Of a stretch of DNA of 64,000 nt, positions 51,274-61,352 are shown in pieces. The DNA comes from an uncultured delta proteobacterium (GTDB taxonomy: Bacteria; Desulfobacterota; Desulfomonilia; UBA1062). The stretch covers positions 288,001-352,000 of the forward strand of contig CAVVYZ010000005.1 in NCBI GenBank assembly GCA_963752595.1, in the 5' to 3' direction. Each line of letters opens with the position of its first letter. Within the stretch, counting starts at the first letter, position 1. Below the pieces are notes generated by a model. It searched no databases. It was given only the letters and a program-made list of their open reading frames with translations, and was not told the origin of the DNA. A program made the position numbers and the translations under genes.

Positions 51274-51927
51274 ATGGCAAAGGCTTCGAGAAAAGACCTG
51301 CTTAACGCCCCGGATGAATTTATAACCACTACCAGTTACGCGGTAAAATGGATCAAGGAGAACCCGTCGCGGTTTGCAATCATGGTAACAATTATATTCG
51401 TTGTCTTCGCAAGCGGGATTGGATTCTATCACTGGAAAACGAGCAGGGAAAGCTCTGCCATGATCGCATACAGCAATGCAGTGAACAGTTCACAGCTTAC
51501 CTTGGACGTTATCCAGAAATATTCCGATACCAAGGCTGCAAAGCTTTCCAAATTAAGGCTTTCACAAATGGCTTACAATGAGAAAAATTTTAGGATGGCT
51601 GTTGATTATGCACAGGAGTTCGTCAATGGATGGGGCGGGGAAGATACCTTCCATTGGCAGGGAGTCATGATCATTGCAGCCGCATACATGAACCAGCGTA
51701 ATTTTGAGAAGGCGCTGCCTTTGCTTGAAGATTGCATAAAAAGTTCCCCTGCAAACATCAAAGATCAGGCCCTCTTCTCCAAATCACAGGTACTGATTGC
51801 ACTCGGCAAGAACGCAGAAGCAAAAAAAGCTCTTGCTGAGATTTCTGAAAATTACCGGGATGTTGCCGCACCTTCCCTTGCATCTCTGGAAATGCGCCAA
51901 GGAGTGTCTCTTGATGCAAAACAGTAA
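51274..51927 (+). CDS. YfgM-like membrane-anchored TPR protein
   Basis: [12 protein letters not shown]-terminus, single TM helix, [11 protein letters not shown] helices. Confidence 0.75.
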   Translation: MAKASRKDLLNAPDEFITTTSYAVKWIKENPSRFAIMVTIIFVVFASGIGFYHWKTSRESSAMIAYSNAVNSSQLTLDVIQKYSDTKAAKLSKLRLSQMAYNEKNFRMAVDYAQEFVNGWGGEDTFHWQGVMIIAAAYMNQRNFEKALPLLEDCIKSSPANIKDQALFSKSQVLIALGKNAEAKKALAEISENYRDVAAPSLASLEMRQGVSLDAKQ

Positions 51928-53731
51928 ATCCCCGAAGAGCGGGAATGGTATGATAAAAAATATTGCCCTGTGGGTAGTCATTGCCCTCATCATGGTCATG
52001 CTCTTCCATCTCTTCAATAAACCTTCAACCGAAACGACAGCCCTACCCTTCAGTCAATTTCTCGAAACGCTGGATAAAGGAGAGGTGAAAGAGGTTGTCA
52101 TTCAGGGAAATGACCTTAAAGGGAAGCTGAGAAACGGTGCCCCGTTCCAGACTTACTCTCCGGATGATCCTAAGCTTGTTGAGCGACTGATGGAGAAAAA
52201 GGTTCTCATCTCGGCAAAGCCCAGTGATGATTCTCCATGGTACATGTCCGTGCTCATCTCCTGGATACCCATGCTGCTCCTCATCGGTGTATGGATCCTC
52301 TTCATGCGGCAGATGCAGGCAGGAGGAAGCAAGGCCATGAGTTTTGGCCGGAGCCGTGCCAAATTGATGACCCAGGATAAGATCAAAGTAACCTTTGCCG
52401 ATGTAGCAGGGGTGAACGAAGCCAAGGAAGAGCTTGAAGAAATCATCGAATTCCTGAAAGAGCCGAAACGGTTCACTTCACTTGGGGGAAGGATTCCCAA
52501 GGGAGTGCTCCTACTCGGCCCCCCCGGCACGGGAAAAACCTTGCTTGCAAAGGCCGTCGCCGGCGAAGCATCGGTGCCTTTCTTTAGCATGTCCGGCTCG
52601 GATTTCGTCGAAATGTTCGTCGGTGTCGGAGCATCAAGGGTCAGAGACCTCTTTGCCCAAGGCAAGCAGCATGCCCCCTGCATCATATTCATCGATGAGA
52701 TCGATGCCGTGGGAAGACATAGGGGGGCAGGCCTGGGCGGCGGCCATGATGAGAGAGAGCAGACGCTCAATCAGCTCCTGGTGGAAATGGACGGCTTCGA
52801 ATCGAACGAGGGTGTCATCCTCATGGCTGCCACAAACAGGCCGGATGTACTCGACCCTGCACTGATGAGGCCCGGAAGGTTCGACCGGCAGGTCGTAGTG
52901 GCAAGCCCTGATGTAAAAGGGAGGGAAGGAATCCTGAAAGTGCACTCCCGGAATATACCCCTTGCCGAAGACGTGGACTTGCGTATCCTTGCAAAAGCAA
53001 CCCCGGGGTTTTCCGGTGCAGATCTTTCTAATCTCGTAAACGAGGGCGCATTACTTGCTGCCCGGAAGAAACGCACCAAGGTATGCATGGACGATCTCGA
53101 AATGGCAAAAGACAAAGTGCTTATGGGCGTGGAACGCAAGAGCATGGTCATATCGGAAGAAGAAAAGAATGCCACGGCATACCATGAAGCAGGCCATGCA
53201 CTGATGGCAAAGAAACTGCCCAATGCCGACCCGGTATACAAGGTAAGCATCATCCCGCGGGGAAGAGCCATGGGGGTTACCCAGCAGCTTCCCATCGATG
53301 ACAGGCATACCTATAAGAAGGACTACCTCCTTGCAACCATTTCCGTGCTCATGGGAGGAAGGGTGGCAGAAGAGCAGGTCCTTGGTTGCCTCACAACCGG
53401 TGCCGGGAACGATATCGAGCGTGCATCCGACATGGCGCGTCACATGGTGACCGAATGGGGCATGAGTTCCCTTGGGCCGTTAAGCTTCGGCAGGGTTGAG
53501 CAGGAGATATTCCTGGGACGTGAAATCTCCAAACGTGTAGACTATAGCGAATTGACTGCCCAGAAGATCGATGAAGAAATTAAAGTGATCATTTTGGACT
53601 GCTATAACAACACTAACCACATCATCAAGGAAAACATCGATATCTTGCATAAGATAGCAAAACGCTTGCTTGAGAAAGAGGTTATCGACGGTTCTGAGAT
53701 CGATAGAATCATAGAGGAAGGGATTGCTTAG
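51914..53731 (+). CDS. ftsH: ATP-dependent zinc metalloprotease FtsH
   Basis: Two TM helices, [26 protein letters not shown]. Confidence 0.98.
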   Translation: MQNSKSPKSGNGMIKNIALWVVIALIMVMLFHLFNKPSTETTALPFSQFLETLDKGEVKEVVIQGNDLKGKLRNGAPFQTYSPDDPKLVERLMEKKVLISAKPSDDSPWYMSVLISWIPMLLLIGVWILFMRQMQAGGSKAMSFGRSRAKLMTQDKIKVTFADVAGVNEAKEELEEIIEFLKEPKRFTSLGGRIPKGVLLLGPPGTGKTLLAKAVAGEASVPFFSMSGSDFVEMFVGVGASRVRDLFAQGKQHAPCIIFIDEIDAVGRHRGAGLGGGHDEREQTLNQLLVEMDGFESNEGVILMAATNRPDVLDPALMRPGRFDRQVVVASPDVKGREGILKVHSRNIPLAEDVDLRILAKATPGFSGADLSNLVNEGALLAARKKRTKVCMDDLEMAKDKVLMGVERKSMVISEEEKNATAYHEAGHALMAKKLPNADPVYKVSIIPRGRAMGVTQQLPIDDRHTYKKDYLLATISVLMGGRVAEEQVLGCLTTGAGNDIERASDMARHMVTEWGMSSLGPLSFGRVEQEIFLGREISKRVDYSELTAQKIDEEIKVIILDCYNNTNHIIKENIDILHKIAKRLLEKEVIDGSEIDRIIEEGIA

Positions 53732-54908
53732 AGCCAGACTAGTTCCATATGCCGACGAGCAGACCATTCTTTCGTGCGGAGCCGATCCGGCATCACTTCC
53801 CTACATGGTCCCTAAGCTTACTCACAAGAACCTCCTGCTCGAAGGCGTCAGGCCGTTCGCAGCAAATATCCTCAAGCAGAACATGCTCTCGCTGGGTGGA
53901 GACGTTGCCGTCCACAGGGATGTAATTTCCGGAAAGGTGGATTCCTCAAACTGCCTGCTCATGGGAGATCTCCGGCATTACAAGCGCCTTGTGGAAAAGA
54001 TTAAATCCCAGCCGGGCCTTGAAGCCATAGCCGAAGTTATCGAAGAGCAGATCTTTCATGAGATAAAAGGTCTCGTTCTTACCCTGTGTTCAAAGAACTA
54101 TTCCTGGGACAGCATCCCTATTATCATGGGTATACTCAATATTACCCCCGATTCATTTTCGGACGGCGGATTATGGTATGATCCTTACCGGGCACTTGAC
54201 CATGCTCTCGAGATGGTAGAGCAGGGAGCCGATATTCTAGATGTCGGGGGAGAATCATCCAGGCCGGGCGCAGAGAGCATCGATGCCAGGGAAGAAACAG
54301 CCCGCGTCGTGCCGATCATTGAGAAGGTAGCGCCGCGGGTAAGCATCCCGATCAGTATCGATACGAGAAATGCAGAAACGGCCGAAGCAGCGCTCGGTGC
54401 CGGTGCATGCATGATAAATGACGTCAGTGCGCTGTCTCATGATCCCCACATGCTTGGCATTGCAAAAGAAGCGGGTGCCGGCATCATCCTGATGCACATG
54501 CGGGGAACCCCCGGAACCATGCAGAACAATACAGGATACCTCGATATATTCCATGAAATATACTCGTACCTTGATGATAAGATCAAACAGTGCCTCGAAG
54601 CGGGAATCGATCGGAAGTCCATCCTCGTTGATCCCGGCATAGGGTTCGGAAAAGACCTCAAGGGAAATTTAAGCCTTATCCGTCGTATCTCGGAATTCAG
54701 GTCACTACGCGTACCGGTTGTTCTCGGACATTCAAGAAAGTCCTTCATCGGCTCTGTACTGGATGCATCTGTTGACCAAAGGCAGGAAGGTACGGATGCG
54801 GTAAGTTCATGGGCAATCATTCAGGGGGTTGATGTGCTGCGCGTTCATGACATCCAGAGAACGGGTCGAATCAAGAAAATGATCCTGGCTGTAAAGGACC
54901 TCGTATGA
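53724..54908 (+). CDS. folP: Dihydropteroate synthase with N-terminal extension
   Basis: [40 protein letters not shown]. Confidence 0.96.
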   Translation: MLRARLVPYADEQTILSCGADPASLPYMVPKLTHKNLLLEGVRPFAANILKQNMLSLGGDVAVHRDVISGKVDSSNCLLMGDLRHYKRLVEKIKSQPGLEAIAEVIEEQIFHEIKGLVLTLCSKNYSWDSIPIIMGILNITPDSFSDGGLWYDPYRALDHALEMVEQGADILDVGGESSRPGAESIDAREETARVVPIIEKVAPRVSIPISIDTRNAETAEAALGAGACMINDVSALSHDPHMLGIAKEAGAGIILMHMRGTPGTMQNNTGYLDIFHEIYSYLDDKIKQCLEAGIDRKSILVDPGIGFGKDLKGNLSLIRRISEFRSLRVPVVLGHSRKSFIGSVLDASVDQRQEGTDAVSSWAIIQGVDVLRVHDIQRTGRIKKMILAVKDLV

Positions 54909-55285
54909 TTGTGGGTGTGGGGATTGATATTGTGGACGTGGAGCGGATAGCATCTCTCCTGGAAAGATATGGGGATCGTTTTCTCCGTCGCGTCTTCACA
55001 GAAAGCGAAGTTGATTATTGCAGGAGCAAACGCAATCCATCCCCCCATCTTTCAGCGCGCTTCGCTGCAAAAGAGGCAGCCTCCAAGGCCCTTGGGACAG
55101 GGTTTGCGGACGGCATGAGATTTATTGATATTGAAGTTTCCAGGAACCATGCCCGACCGCGCATTCTTCTTCATAATAGAGCACTGGCACTGGCAGAAAA
55201 GCTCGGGGTACGCCGGATGCACCTCAGCATTTCACATGATCGCCTCTATGCCGCAGCAACGGTTATTCTGGAGGATTCCGACTGA
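54905..55285 (+). CDS. acpS: Holo-[acyl-carrier-protein] synthase
   Basis: GVGIDIV, ARFAAKEAASKALGTG, LSISHD. Confidence 0.96.
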   Translation: MIVGVGIDIVDVERIASLLERYGDRFLRRVFTESEVDYCRSKRNPSPHLSARFAAKEAASKALGTGFADGMRFIDIEVSRNHARPRILLHNRALALAEKLGVRRMHLSISHDRLYAAATVILEDSD

Positions 55286-55400
55286 TTTTTCTCTGGTTAA
55301 AAGAGTGGGTACCCTGATACATTGTGGTGTAACATATCTGCTTCGGTATGAAGGTAAAAATAATAATTACTCAAGGGCACTATTCGTAAAGGAAACAGCG

Positions 55401-55862
55401 ATGCCGGCATACATCAGTAACAGCCCTGGAGAGACAAGGAATTTGGGAAGAAGCATCGGGGAAAGCCTGAAAGGGGGCGAGATCATCCTTTTGCATGGCG
55501 ACCTCGGGGCCGGGAAAACCCTTCTGACAAAAGGGATCGCGGAGGGATTGGGCATTGAAGGATCAGTCTCTGTGGTGAGCCCGAGTTTTACCCTGGTAAA
55601 TATCTATAAAGCAAGGCTTGACATAGTACATGTAGATCTCTATAGGCTAAACTCTGACGAGATTTATGATCTTGGGCTGGAAGATTATATGGATCAGGAG
55701 CATATCATGGTAGTCGAATGGGCGGAGAAGGCACCCCTTTTCTTTTCAAATCGAACTTTTGATATCACCATAGAATACAAAGGGGAAAATTCCCGCACAA
55801 TCAGCCTGAATTCTCAAGAACCACTACCCGTCCCGAAACCTGCAGGATCTTCTCAGAAATGA
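55401..55862 (+). CDS. tsaE: tRNA t6A biosynthesis ATPase TsaE
   Basis: GDLGAGKT, SPSFTL, HVDLYRL, VEW. Confidence 0.95.
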   Translation: MPAYISNSPGETRNLGRSIGESLKGGEIILLHGDLGAGKTLLTKGIAEGLGIEGSVSVVSPSFTLVNIYKARLDIVHVDLYRLNSDEIYDLGLEDYMDQEHIMVVEWAEKAPLFFSNRTFDITIEYKGENSRTISLNSQEPLPVPKPAGSSQK

Positions 55863-55939
55863 TGCATGGTATAAGAAATGGCTGCATCGATGAGAACAGA
55901 TCCCACAAACCGGTTCTTTACCCTTAAGGGAAACGTCCT

Positions 55940-57166
55940 ATGGGAGTAGTTGTCCAGAAATACGGTGGTACATCGGTCGGCAATCTTGAAAAGATAGCTG
56001 TCGTAGCAAGAAAGGTTGCAAAGCGCTACCAGGAGGGAAACAGCATCGTGGTGGTAGTATCTGCAATGTCCGGTGAAACGGACAGGCTCATCGGTCTTGC
56101 CAAAGGGGTATCACCAAGGCCCGATCTTCGGGAAATGGACGTGCTGATCTCCACAGGCGAGCAGGCAAGTATCGCCCTGTTGGCAATGGCGTTGAAGGAC
56201 CTGGGTGTGCCTGCACGGTCTCTTCTTGCCCATCAGATCAGCATCGTCACGGATAATGCGCATACAAAGGCTCGAATTATCCACGTAGAGCTCGAAATGA
56301 TCCAGAAGGTATTGGCCTTGGGCGAGGTTGCCGTAGTAGCGGGGTTCCAGGGCGTGACCGAAGGAAAGGATATCACAACCCTGGGGAGAGGTGGATCCGA
56401 TACCTCTGCAGTTGCCATGGCTGCTGTTCTCAATGCGGATGTGTGTGAGATCTATACCGATGTCGATGGAGTGTATACTTGTGATCCTAACATCTGCGAT
56501 AAGGCCAGAAGGCTGGATAAGATTTCCTATGACGAGATGCTCGAAATGGCGTCCTTGGGGGCCAAGGTGCTTCAGACACGCTCGGTTGAATTTGCAAAAA
56601 AGTATAATGTACCGATTCTGGTCAAGAGCACATTCTCAGACGAAGGAGGCACCTTGACCACCACGGAGGACGAGGACATGGAAAAGGAAGTTGTTTCCGG
56701 GATTACCTATGATCGCAATGAAGCCCGCATCACGTTGCTTGGGTTACAAGACAGACCTGGGATCGCTGCTACTGTTTTCACCGCCCTGGCTGGTGACAAT
56801 ATCAATGTTGATATGATTATCCAAAATTCTTCCGCAGACGGCAAATTTGCCGATCTGAGCTTTACCGTTACAAAAAACGATTATGACAGGGCCTTGGAGA
56901 TAGTACGGAAAATGGTGACCGAACTGGGAGCAAGGGACGTAGTTGGAGATACATCCATTGCAAAACTCTCCATTGTAGGAGTCGGGATGCGGTCGCATGC
57001 CGGTGTTGCATCCCGGATGTTCGAGGCGCTCTCAGGAGTCGGAATCAATATAATCATGATCTCCACCTCGGAGATCAAAGTCTCATGCGTAATAGATGAA
57101 AAATTCATAGAATTGGGCATACGTGTCCTCCACGAGGTCTTTGAACTTGATAAAGCAAAGGAATAG
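55940..57166 (+). CDS. lysC: Aspartate kinase
   Basis: KYGGTSV, VVSAM, TLGRGGSDTSA, two ACT domains, STSEIK. Confidence 0.97.
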   Translation: MGVVVQKYGGTSVGNLEKIAVVARKVAKRYQEGNSIVVVVSAMSGETDRLIGLAKGVSPRPDLREMDVLISTGEQASIALLAMALKDLGVPARSLLAHQISIVTDNAHTKARIIHVELEMIQKVLALGEVAVVAGFQGVTEGKDITTLGRGGSDTSAVAMAAVLNADVCEIYTDVDGVYTCDPNICDKARRLDKISYDEMLEMASLGAKVLQTRSVEFAKKYNVPILVKSTFSDEGGTLTTTEDEDMEKEVVSGITYDRNEARITLLGLQDRPGIAATVFTALAGDNINVDMIIQNSSADGKFADLSFTVTKNDYDRALEIVRKMVTELGARDVVGDTSIAKLSIVGVGMRSHAGVASRMFEALSGVGINIIMISTSEIKVSCVIDEKFIELGIRVLHEVFELDKAKE

Positions 57167-57168
57167 CA

Positions 57169-58749
57169 TTGAGAAAAATTGAGGTCTACGATACCACGCT
57201 CAGGGATGGAACCCAGTCCGAAGATGTTAATTTCTCGCTGGACGACAAACGAGATATCGCGTGTAAACTCGATCAGCTGGGTGTGGATTTCATTGAAGCA
57301 GGCTGGCCCGGTGCGAATCCCAAGGATGGAATGCTGTTTTCCATGCTCCGGAAAATAAAACTGGACCATGCAAAGGTCTTTGCCTTTGGCAGCACCTGTA
57401 AACAGGGCAAGGCACCTGAAAAAGACAAAATGGTCCAGGAATTGATCAATGCCCGTCCTGATGGAGTGACGATTTTCGGCAAGGCTTGGGATACCCATGT
57501 TACCGGCCAGGGAGGCCTTGGCTGTTCACTGGAAGAAAACCTGCGTATCATCAGAGAATCCGTGGCTTATCTCAAGTCTCATTTTGCGAATGTCTTCTTC
57601 GATGCCGAGCATTTCTTCGACGGGTTCAAAAGGAATCGGGAATATGCGATCGCGGTGCTGAAGGCTGCATCAGAAGGCGGAGCAGACAGGATGGTTCTCT
57701 GTGATACGAACGGGGGAAGCATTCCATCGGATATCTCCGCTACCATTGCTTTTATAAGGGATTCCTTCAAGATGCCTCTGGGGATTCATTGCCATAATGA
57801 CGGCGACCTTGCAGTGGCCAACACGTTAGCAGCCGCACAGACAGGCGTTGATCATGTACAGGGGACGATCAACGGCATCGGAGAGAGATGCGGAAATGCG
57901 AATATGTGTTCGATCATACCGAACTTAAGCCTCAAGATGAACCGCATAACCATACCTCTTGACAACATGCGGATGCTCAATGAGGTTTCCCGTTTTGTAA
58001 GCGACATCGGCAATCTGTCACACAGCAAGAACCAACCCTATGTAGGGGAATCGGCTTTTGCCCATAAGGCAGGCATCCATGTCAGCGCAGTGATCAATGA
58101 CCCCGTCATGTATGAACACATTGACCCTGCCCTGGTAGGGAATCAGCGGAGGGTCCTGGTCTCGGACCAGGCCGGAAAGAGCAACATTTTATTCAAGGCC
58201 AGGGAATTCAATATTGACCTTGCAAAGGATCATACAACCGCAAACGAAATCGTAAAGATCATCAAAGACCTTGAGAATTGCGGATTCCAGTTTGAAGGCG
58301 CCGATGCCTCCCTGGAACTGCTCATGAAGAAGGCAATGGGGATGTATGTGCGCTCCTTTAAGCTGAAAGGGTTCCGGGTAAATACCGAACGCAGGAGCGA
58401 TGATTCAGACCCCATGTCAGAAGCCACCATCATGATCGAGGTGGATGGAAGTACCGAACATACTGCAGCGATGGGAAACGGCCCGGTCAACGCACTCGAC
58501 AGAGCACTGCGAAAGGCGCTCCAAAAATTTTATCCGAGCATCAAGGATGTTGAGCTCCTCGACTATAAGGTCCGGGTGATCTCTTCGAGGACAGGGACAG
58601 AATCCGTCGTCCGGGTCCTTATCGAGTCCGGCGACAAGAAAAATCACTGGAACACGGTAGGCGTATCCAGCAATATTATCGAAGCATCCTGGATGGCCCT
58701 TGTAGACAGTATGGACTACAAGCTCTACAAAGATTCCAAGTGCCCGTAA
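57169..58749 (+). CDS. cimA: Citramalate synthase
   Basis: YDTTLRDGTQ, GWPGANPKD, DAEHFFDG, HCHND, FAHKAGIH, WNTVGVS; follows lysC. Confidence 0.9.
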   Translation: MRKIEVYDTTLRDGTQSEDVNFSLDDKRDIACKLDQLGVDFIEAGWPGANPKDGMLFSMLRKIKLDHAKVFAFGSTCKQGKAPEKDKMVQELINARPDGVTIFGKAWDTHVTGQGGLGCSLEENLRIIRESVAYLKSHFANVFFDAEHFFDGFKRNREYAIAVLKAASEGGADRMVLCDTNGGSIPSDISATIAFIRDSFKMPLGIHCHNDGDLAVANTLAAAQTGVDHVQGTINGIGERCGNANMCSIIPNLSLKMNRITIPLDNMRMLNEVSRFVSDIGNLSHSKNQPYVGESAFAHKAGIHVSAVINDPVMYEHIDPALVGNQRRVLVSDQAGKSNILFKAREFNIDLAKDHTTANEIVKIIKDLENCGFQFEGADASLELLMKKAMGMYVRSFKLKGFRVNTERRSDDSDPMSEATIMIEVDGSTEHTAAMGNGPVNALDRALRKALQKFYPSIKDVELLDYKVRVISSRTGTESVVRVLIESGDKKNHWNTVGVSSNIIEASWMALVDSMDYKLYKDSKCP

Positions 58750-58771
58750 AAAAGCATAAACCCATTATACC

Positions 58772-58799
58772 TTAAGACTGCCCCTGGTTTATCCGATAA
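58772..58799 (+). promoter_or_regulatory. Sigma-28/FliA-like promoter of the orphan gene at 58841
   Basis: TTAA-N16-TCCGATAA (TTAAG start), 41 nt before the ATG. Confidence 0.5.
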
Positions 58800-58840
58800 G
58801 ATAAGTAGGAAGAAGCGATACAGGTTGGAAAGGGGCAGAT

Positions 58841-59119
58841 ATGTATAAAGAAAATCAGAAGATAGAATTCCAGGGGTTGCGGAAATGGATGAAGCAGGGT
58901 GAATACATCATATCCACCATTGCAGATGATGGAACCATCTGGACTTTCACCAGCAGAACTCTGCCCATATTCGATTTCGGGAATACCAAGATCTTCCAGG
59001 CTCAGGAGTCCGGAATCGCTGAGGTCAGGGGAGTCGAGCGAGGAGACGAACTCTACTTCTCGATTCAGGGAATCAAGGTATCCAAGGTATACGACTTCTT
59101 CTATCAGGACGATCTATGA
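58841..59119 (+). CDS. Hypothetical protein, 92 aa, beta-rich
   Basis: AGGGG RBS, own promoter-like motif and downstream terminator; no family recognised. Confidence 0.65.
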   Translation: MYKENQKIEFQGLRKWMKQGEYIISTIADDGTIWTFTSRTLPIFDFGNTKIFQAQESGIAEVRGVERGDELYFSIQGIKVSKVYDFFYQDDL

Positions 59120-59146
59120 TCCGCGTAACTGAAAGATGATTAACAC

Positions 59147-59173
59147 AGGAGAGGAAATTCCTCTCCTTTTTTT
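59147..59173. terminator. Intrinsic terminator
   Basis: AGGAGAGG-AAATT-CCTCTCCT followed by a T-run, between convergent genes. Confidence 0.75.
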
Positions 59174-59393
59174 ATTTCCACAATACTCCCAGGAATATTG
59201 TGGCAATCGTCATGCACATAATCCACAAAGGTGTCTTTGATCTATTCTTATCCCGGGAAACCTGACGGAATTCTATGAGGACGAATATTGCGACAGTAAT
59301 GAATATGGCCCCGATCGAGTATATATTCAATCGGGATATGATCCCGGTTCCCATCCAGATACAAAAAGGGATGTAAAGGATTATCCAAGCCAT
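59172..59393 (-). CDS. Small hypothetical membrane protein (about 3 TM)
   Basis: 73-aa hydrophobic ORF in an AT-rich segment ending at the terminator; start uncertain. Confidence 0.45.
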   Translation of the reverse strand: MAWIILYIPFCIWMGTGIISRLNIYSIGAIFITVAIFVLIEFRQVSRDKNRSKTPLWIMCMTIATIFLGVLWK

Positions 59394-59555
59394 GAAACCC
59401 TGTATACCATAAAGATTATCTTAAGAGAATTCCCAAAGAGGTTTTTACAATTTACCGAAGCTTGAGCATATATATGTAGCTATGTTTTTTACGATGCATC
59501 CAATGTGTTTTATCCTTGATATTTTTGGTCATCCATGAGATAGGGGGGCAAATCG

Positions 59556-59628
59556 GAGCCAGTAGCTCAGCTGGTAGAGCATCGGACTTTTAATCCGGTG
59601 GTCGAGGGTTCGAACCCCTCCTGGCTCA
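59556..59628 (+). tRNA. tRNA-Lys(TTT)
   Basis: Acceptor GAGCCAG/CTGGCTC, D-arm GCTC/GAGC, anticodon loop CT-TTT-AA, TTCGAAC T-loop; CCA not encoded. Confidence 0.97.
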
Positions 59629-59634
59629 CTGTAG

Positions 59635-59709
59635 GTCCCCATCGTCTAGCTAGGCCCAGGACACCGGCCTTTCACGCCGGCAGCAGGGGTTCAAATCCCC
59701 TTGGGGACG
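59635..59709 (+). tRNA. tRNA-Glu(TTC)
   Basis: Acceptor GTCCCCA/TGGGGAC, anticodon stem CCGGC/GCCGG with loop CT-TTC-AC, TTCAAAT T-loop; CCA not encoded. Confidence 0.96.
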
Positions 59710-59717
59710 TTGAGGAG

Positions 59718-59751
59718 AAAGCCCTGGAGGTTATATCCTCCAGGGCTTTTA
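59718..59751. terminator. Bidirectional intrinsic terminator after the tRNA pair
   Basis: AAAGCCCTGGAGG-TTATAT-CCTCCAGGGCTTTT. Confidence 0.85.
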
Positions 59752-60702
59752 TTTGTTTCCCTGCTTGATGATGTCGGAGAAGAGATCCACCAGTTCCGGA
59801 TCGAGGACACTTCCTTTCATGGAAATGAGCATTTCCAGGGCCTTGTCCTTGTCATATGCCTTCCGATACGGCCGTTCGGTTGTCAAGGCATCATAAATAT
59901 CAGCGACCGCAACAATCCTTGCTTCCAAAGGTATCTCTCCGCTTCCCTTTAACCCCGAGGGGTATCCCTTCCCATCATATCGCTCGTGATGATAAAGGAT
60001 GATGTTCACGATCATTTCAGGAAGCCTTGCCTTCCTTGCTACATCTGCGCCCCACATGGGGTGGTTCCTCACAATATGGATCTCTGCATCATCGAGAGGC
60101 CCTTCATAATTCAGGATATTTTCGGAGACCCCTATCTTGCCGCAATCATGCAGCCAGCTCCCAAAGCGTATTGCCTTGAGATTCTTATCATCGAGGTTGA
60201 GTCTGCCGCCTATTGAAATAGCATGCTGCGCAACCCGCTCCGAATGACCTTTCGTGTAGGGATCTTTCAGTTCAAGGGCACGCACGAGAGAGAGCATGGC
60301 AGCATCATCGCCTTTGACAATCGATTTGATGAGCCTATAGCGTTTCAGGGCATCCATCACCAGCTCAACCAATTGAGTGTTTTCCCAAGGCTTTACAATA
60401 AACCTGAAAACCTCTACGCGGTTTATCGCATCTATCGCTGTTCCAAGATCTGCAAATCCGGTCATGAGGATCTTCACGGTATCGGGAGACATCACTTTAA
60501 CCCGGGAGAGCAACTCCAACCCCATCATTCCGGGCATATGGTGATCGGAGACGATCACTGCAATCTCGTGGCTCTTTACTTTTTCAAGGGCATCTTCTGC
60601 ATTTTTTGCCGTGAGTATCCGGATCTCGTGTTGTTCGAACACAGCTTCAGCGATGTCCAAAATATAATTCTCATCGTCAACAAAAAGCACATATTCATCC
60701 AT
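59749..60702 (-). CDS. REC-HD-GYP c-di-GMP phosphodiesterase response regulator
   Basis: REC FVDDE...SDHHMP...VKPW; KDPYTKGHSERV, HDCGK, HHERYDGKGYP, VADIYDALT. Confidence 0.93.
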   Translation of the reverse strand: MDEYVLFVDDENYILDIAEAVFEQHEIRILTAKNAEDALEKVKSHEIAVIVSDHHMPGMMGLELLSRVKVMSPDTVKILMTGFADLGTAIDAINRVEVFRFIVKPWENTQLVELVMDALKRYRLIKSIVKGDDAAMLSLVRALELKDPYTKGHSERVAQHAISIGGRLNLDDKNLKAIRFGSWLHDCGKIGVSENILNYEGPLDDAEIHIVRNHPMWGADVARKARLPEMIVNIILYHHERYDGKGYPSGLKGSGEIPLEARIVAVADIYDALTTERPYRKAYDKDKALEMLISMKGSVLDPELVDLFSDIIKQGNK

Positions 60703-60805
60703 TTGAGTATCTTTCTCGTCCAAACATCGGAAAATGTTTAACAGAATCTCTCTGTATGACAAAGAACGCGTGGATATGTCAAATGACTTATGGTAAAAGA
60801 TCAAT

Positions 60806-61156
60806 ATGCTTTCTTCTGGAGATGTGGTTGCCGTCTATTTCGATAATACTCCCTCAGTATATGCACGGATAGAAATGATCTCGTCTGATATTAAACCGCA
60901 CTGGTACCAGATCCGACTGCTTTTTCTGAGTTTTCCTCCTCAAGAGGCCACTTGGATTCTCAGGGAAGAATATCTGGAAGGCTCAGAGTTTACGATGAAA
61001 GACATACCTATTAAGATCATACCCTTGTCTAAACCGAGTACAGGCGAGACATCCGTTCAGAGCAAGCACCATGAGAAATCGAGTACCGGCAGCGTTTTAT
61101 CGTTTGTAGATTTTCGTAAGAAGAAGCAAGGGGAGGACCCGGAAGATACCTCGTAA
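60806..61156 (+). CDS. Hypothetical protein, 116 aa
   Basis: YARIE...WYQIRLLFL...TWILREEYLEGSEFTM; basic tail VLSFVDFRKKK. Confidence 0.7.
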   Translation: MLSSGDVVAVYFDNTPSVYARIEMISSDIKPHWYQIRLLFLSFPPQEATWILREEYLEGSEFTMKDIPIKIIPLSKPSTGETSVQSKHHEKSSTGSVLSFVDFRKKKQGEDPEDTS

Positions 61157-61305
61157 GATAAACTCTATTGCAACGATTCAACAATCTATTCTCTTTGCAC
61201 TTGGGTAATATCATGGAACCCTTTCTTCTGGTCTTCCAAGGTTATCTCGTCTCCTTATCACAAAGAGCGTTTTTTTCCGTTCTATCAAGGCTTGGAGACG
61301 ATCGT

Positions 61306-61333
61306 TAAAGTGGAGAATCTCATATGCCGATAG
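61306..61333 (+). promoter_or_regulatory. Sigma-28/FliA-like promoter of pilB-pilT
   Basis: TAAA-N16-GCCGATAG (TAAAG start), 19 nt before the pilB ATG. Confidence 0.6.
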
Positions 61334-61352
61334 GCATTACCAAGGTGATTTA

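Noticed and set aside
59172-59751. Genomic island integrated at tRNA-Lys/tRNA-Glu
   Set aside because: No integrase and no duplicated tRNA 3' end seen; only a short AT-rich patch with one small ORF.
60713-60740. Additional sigma-28-like site upstream of the HD-GYP gene (TAAA-N16-GACGAGAA, minus strand)
   Set aside because: Spacing is right, but the -10 has two mismatches and sits only about 10 nt from the ATG; too weak to count.
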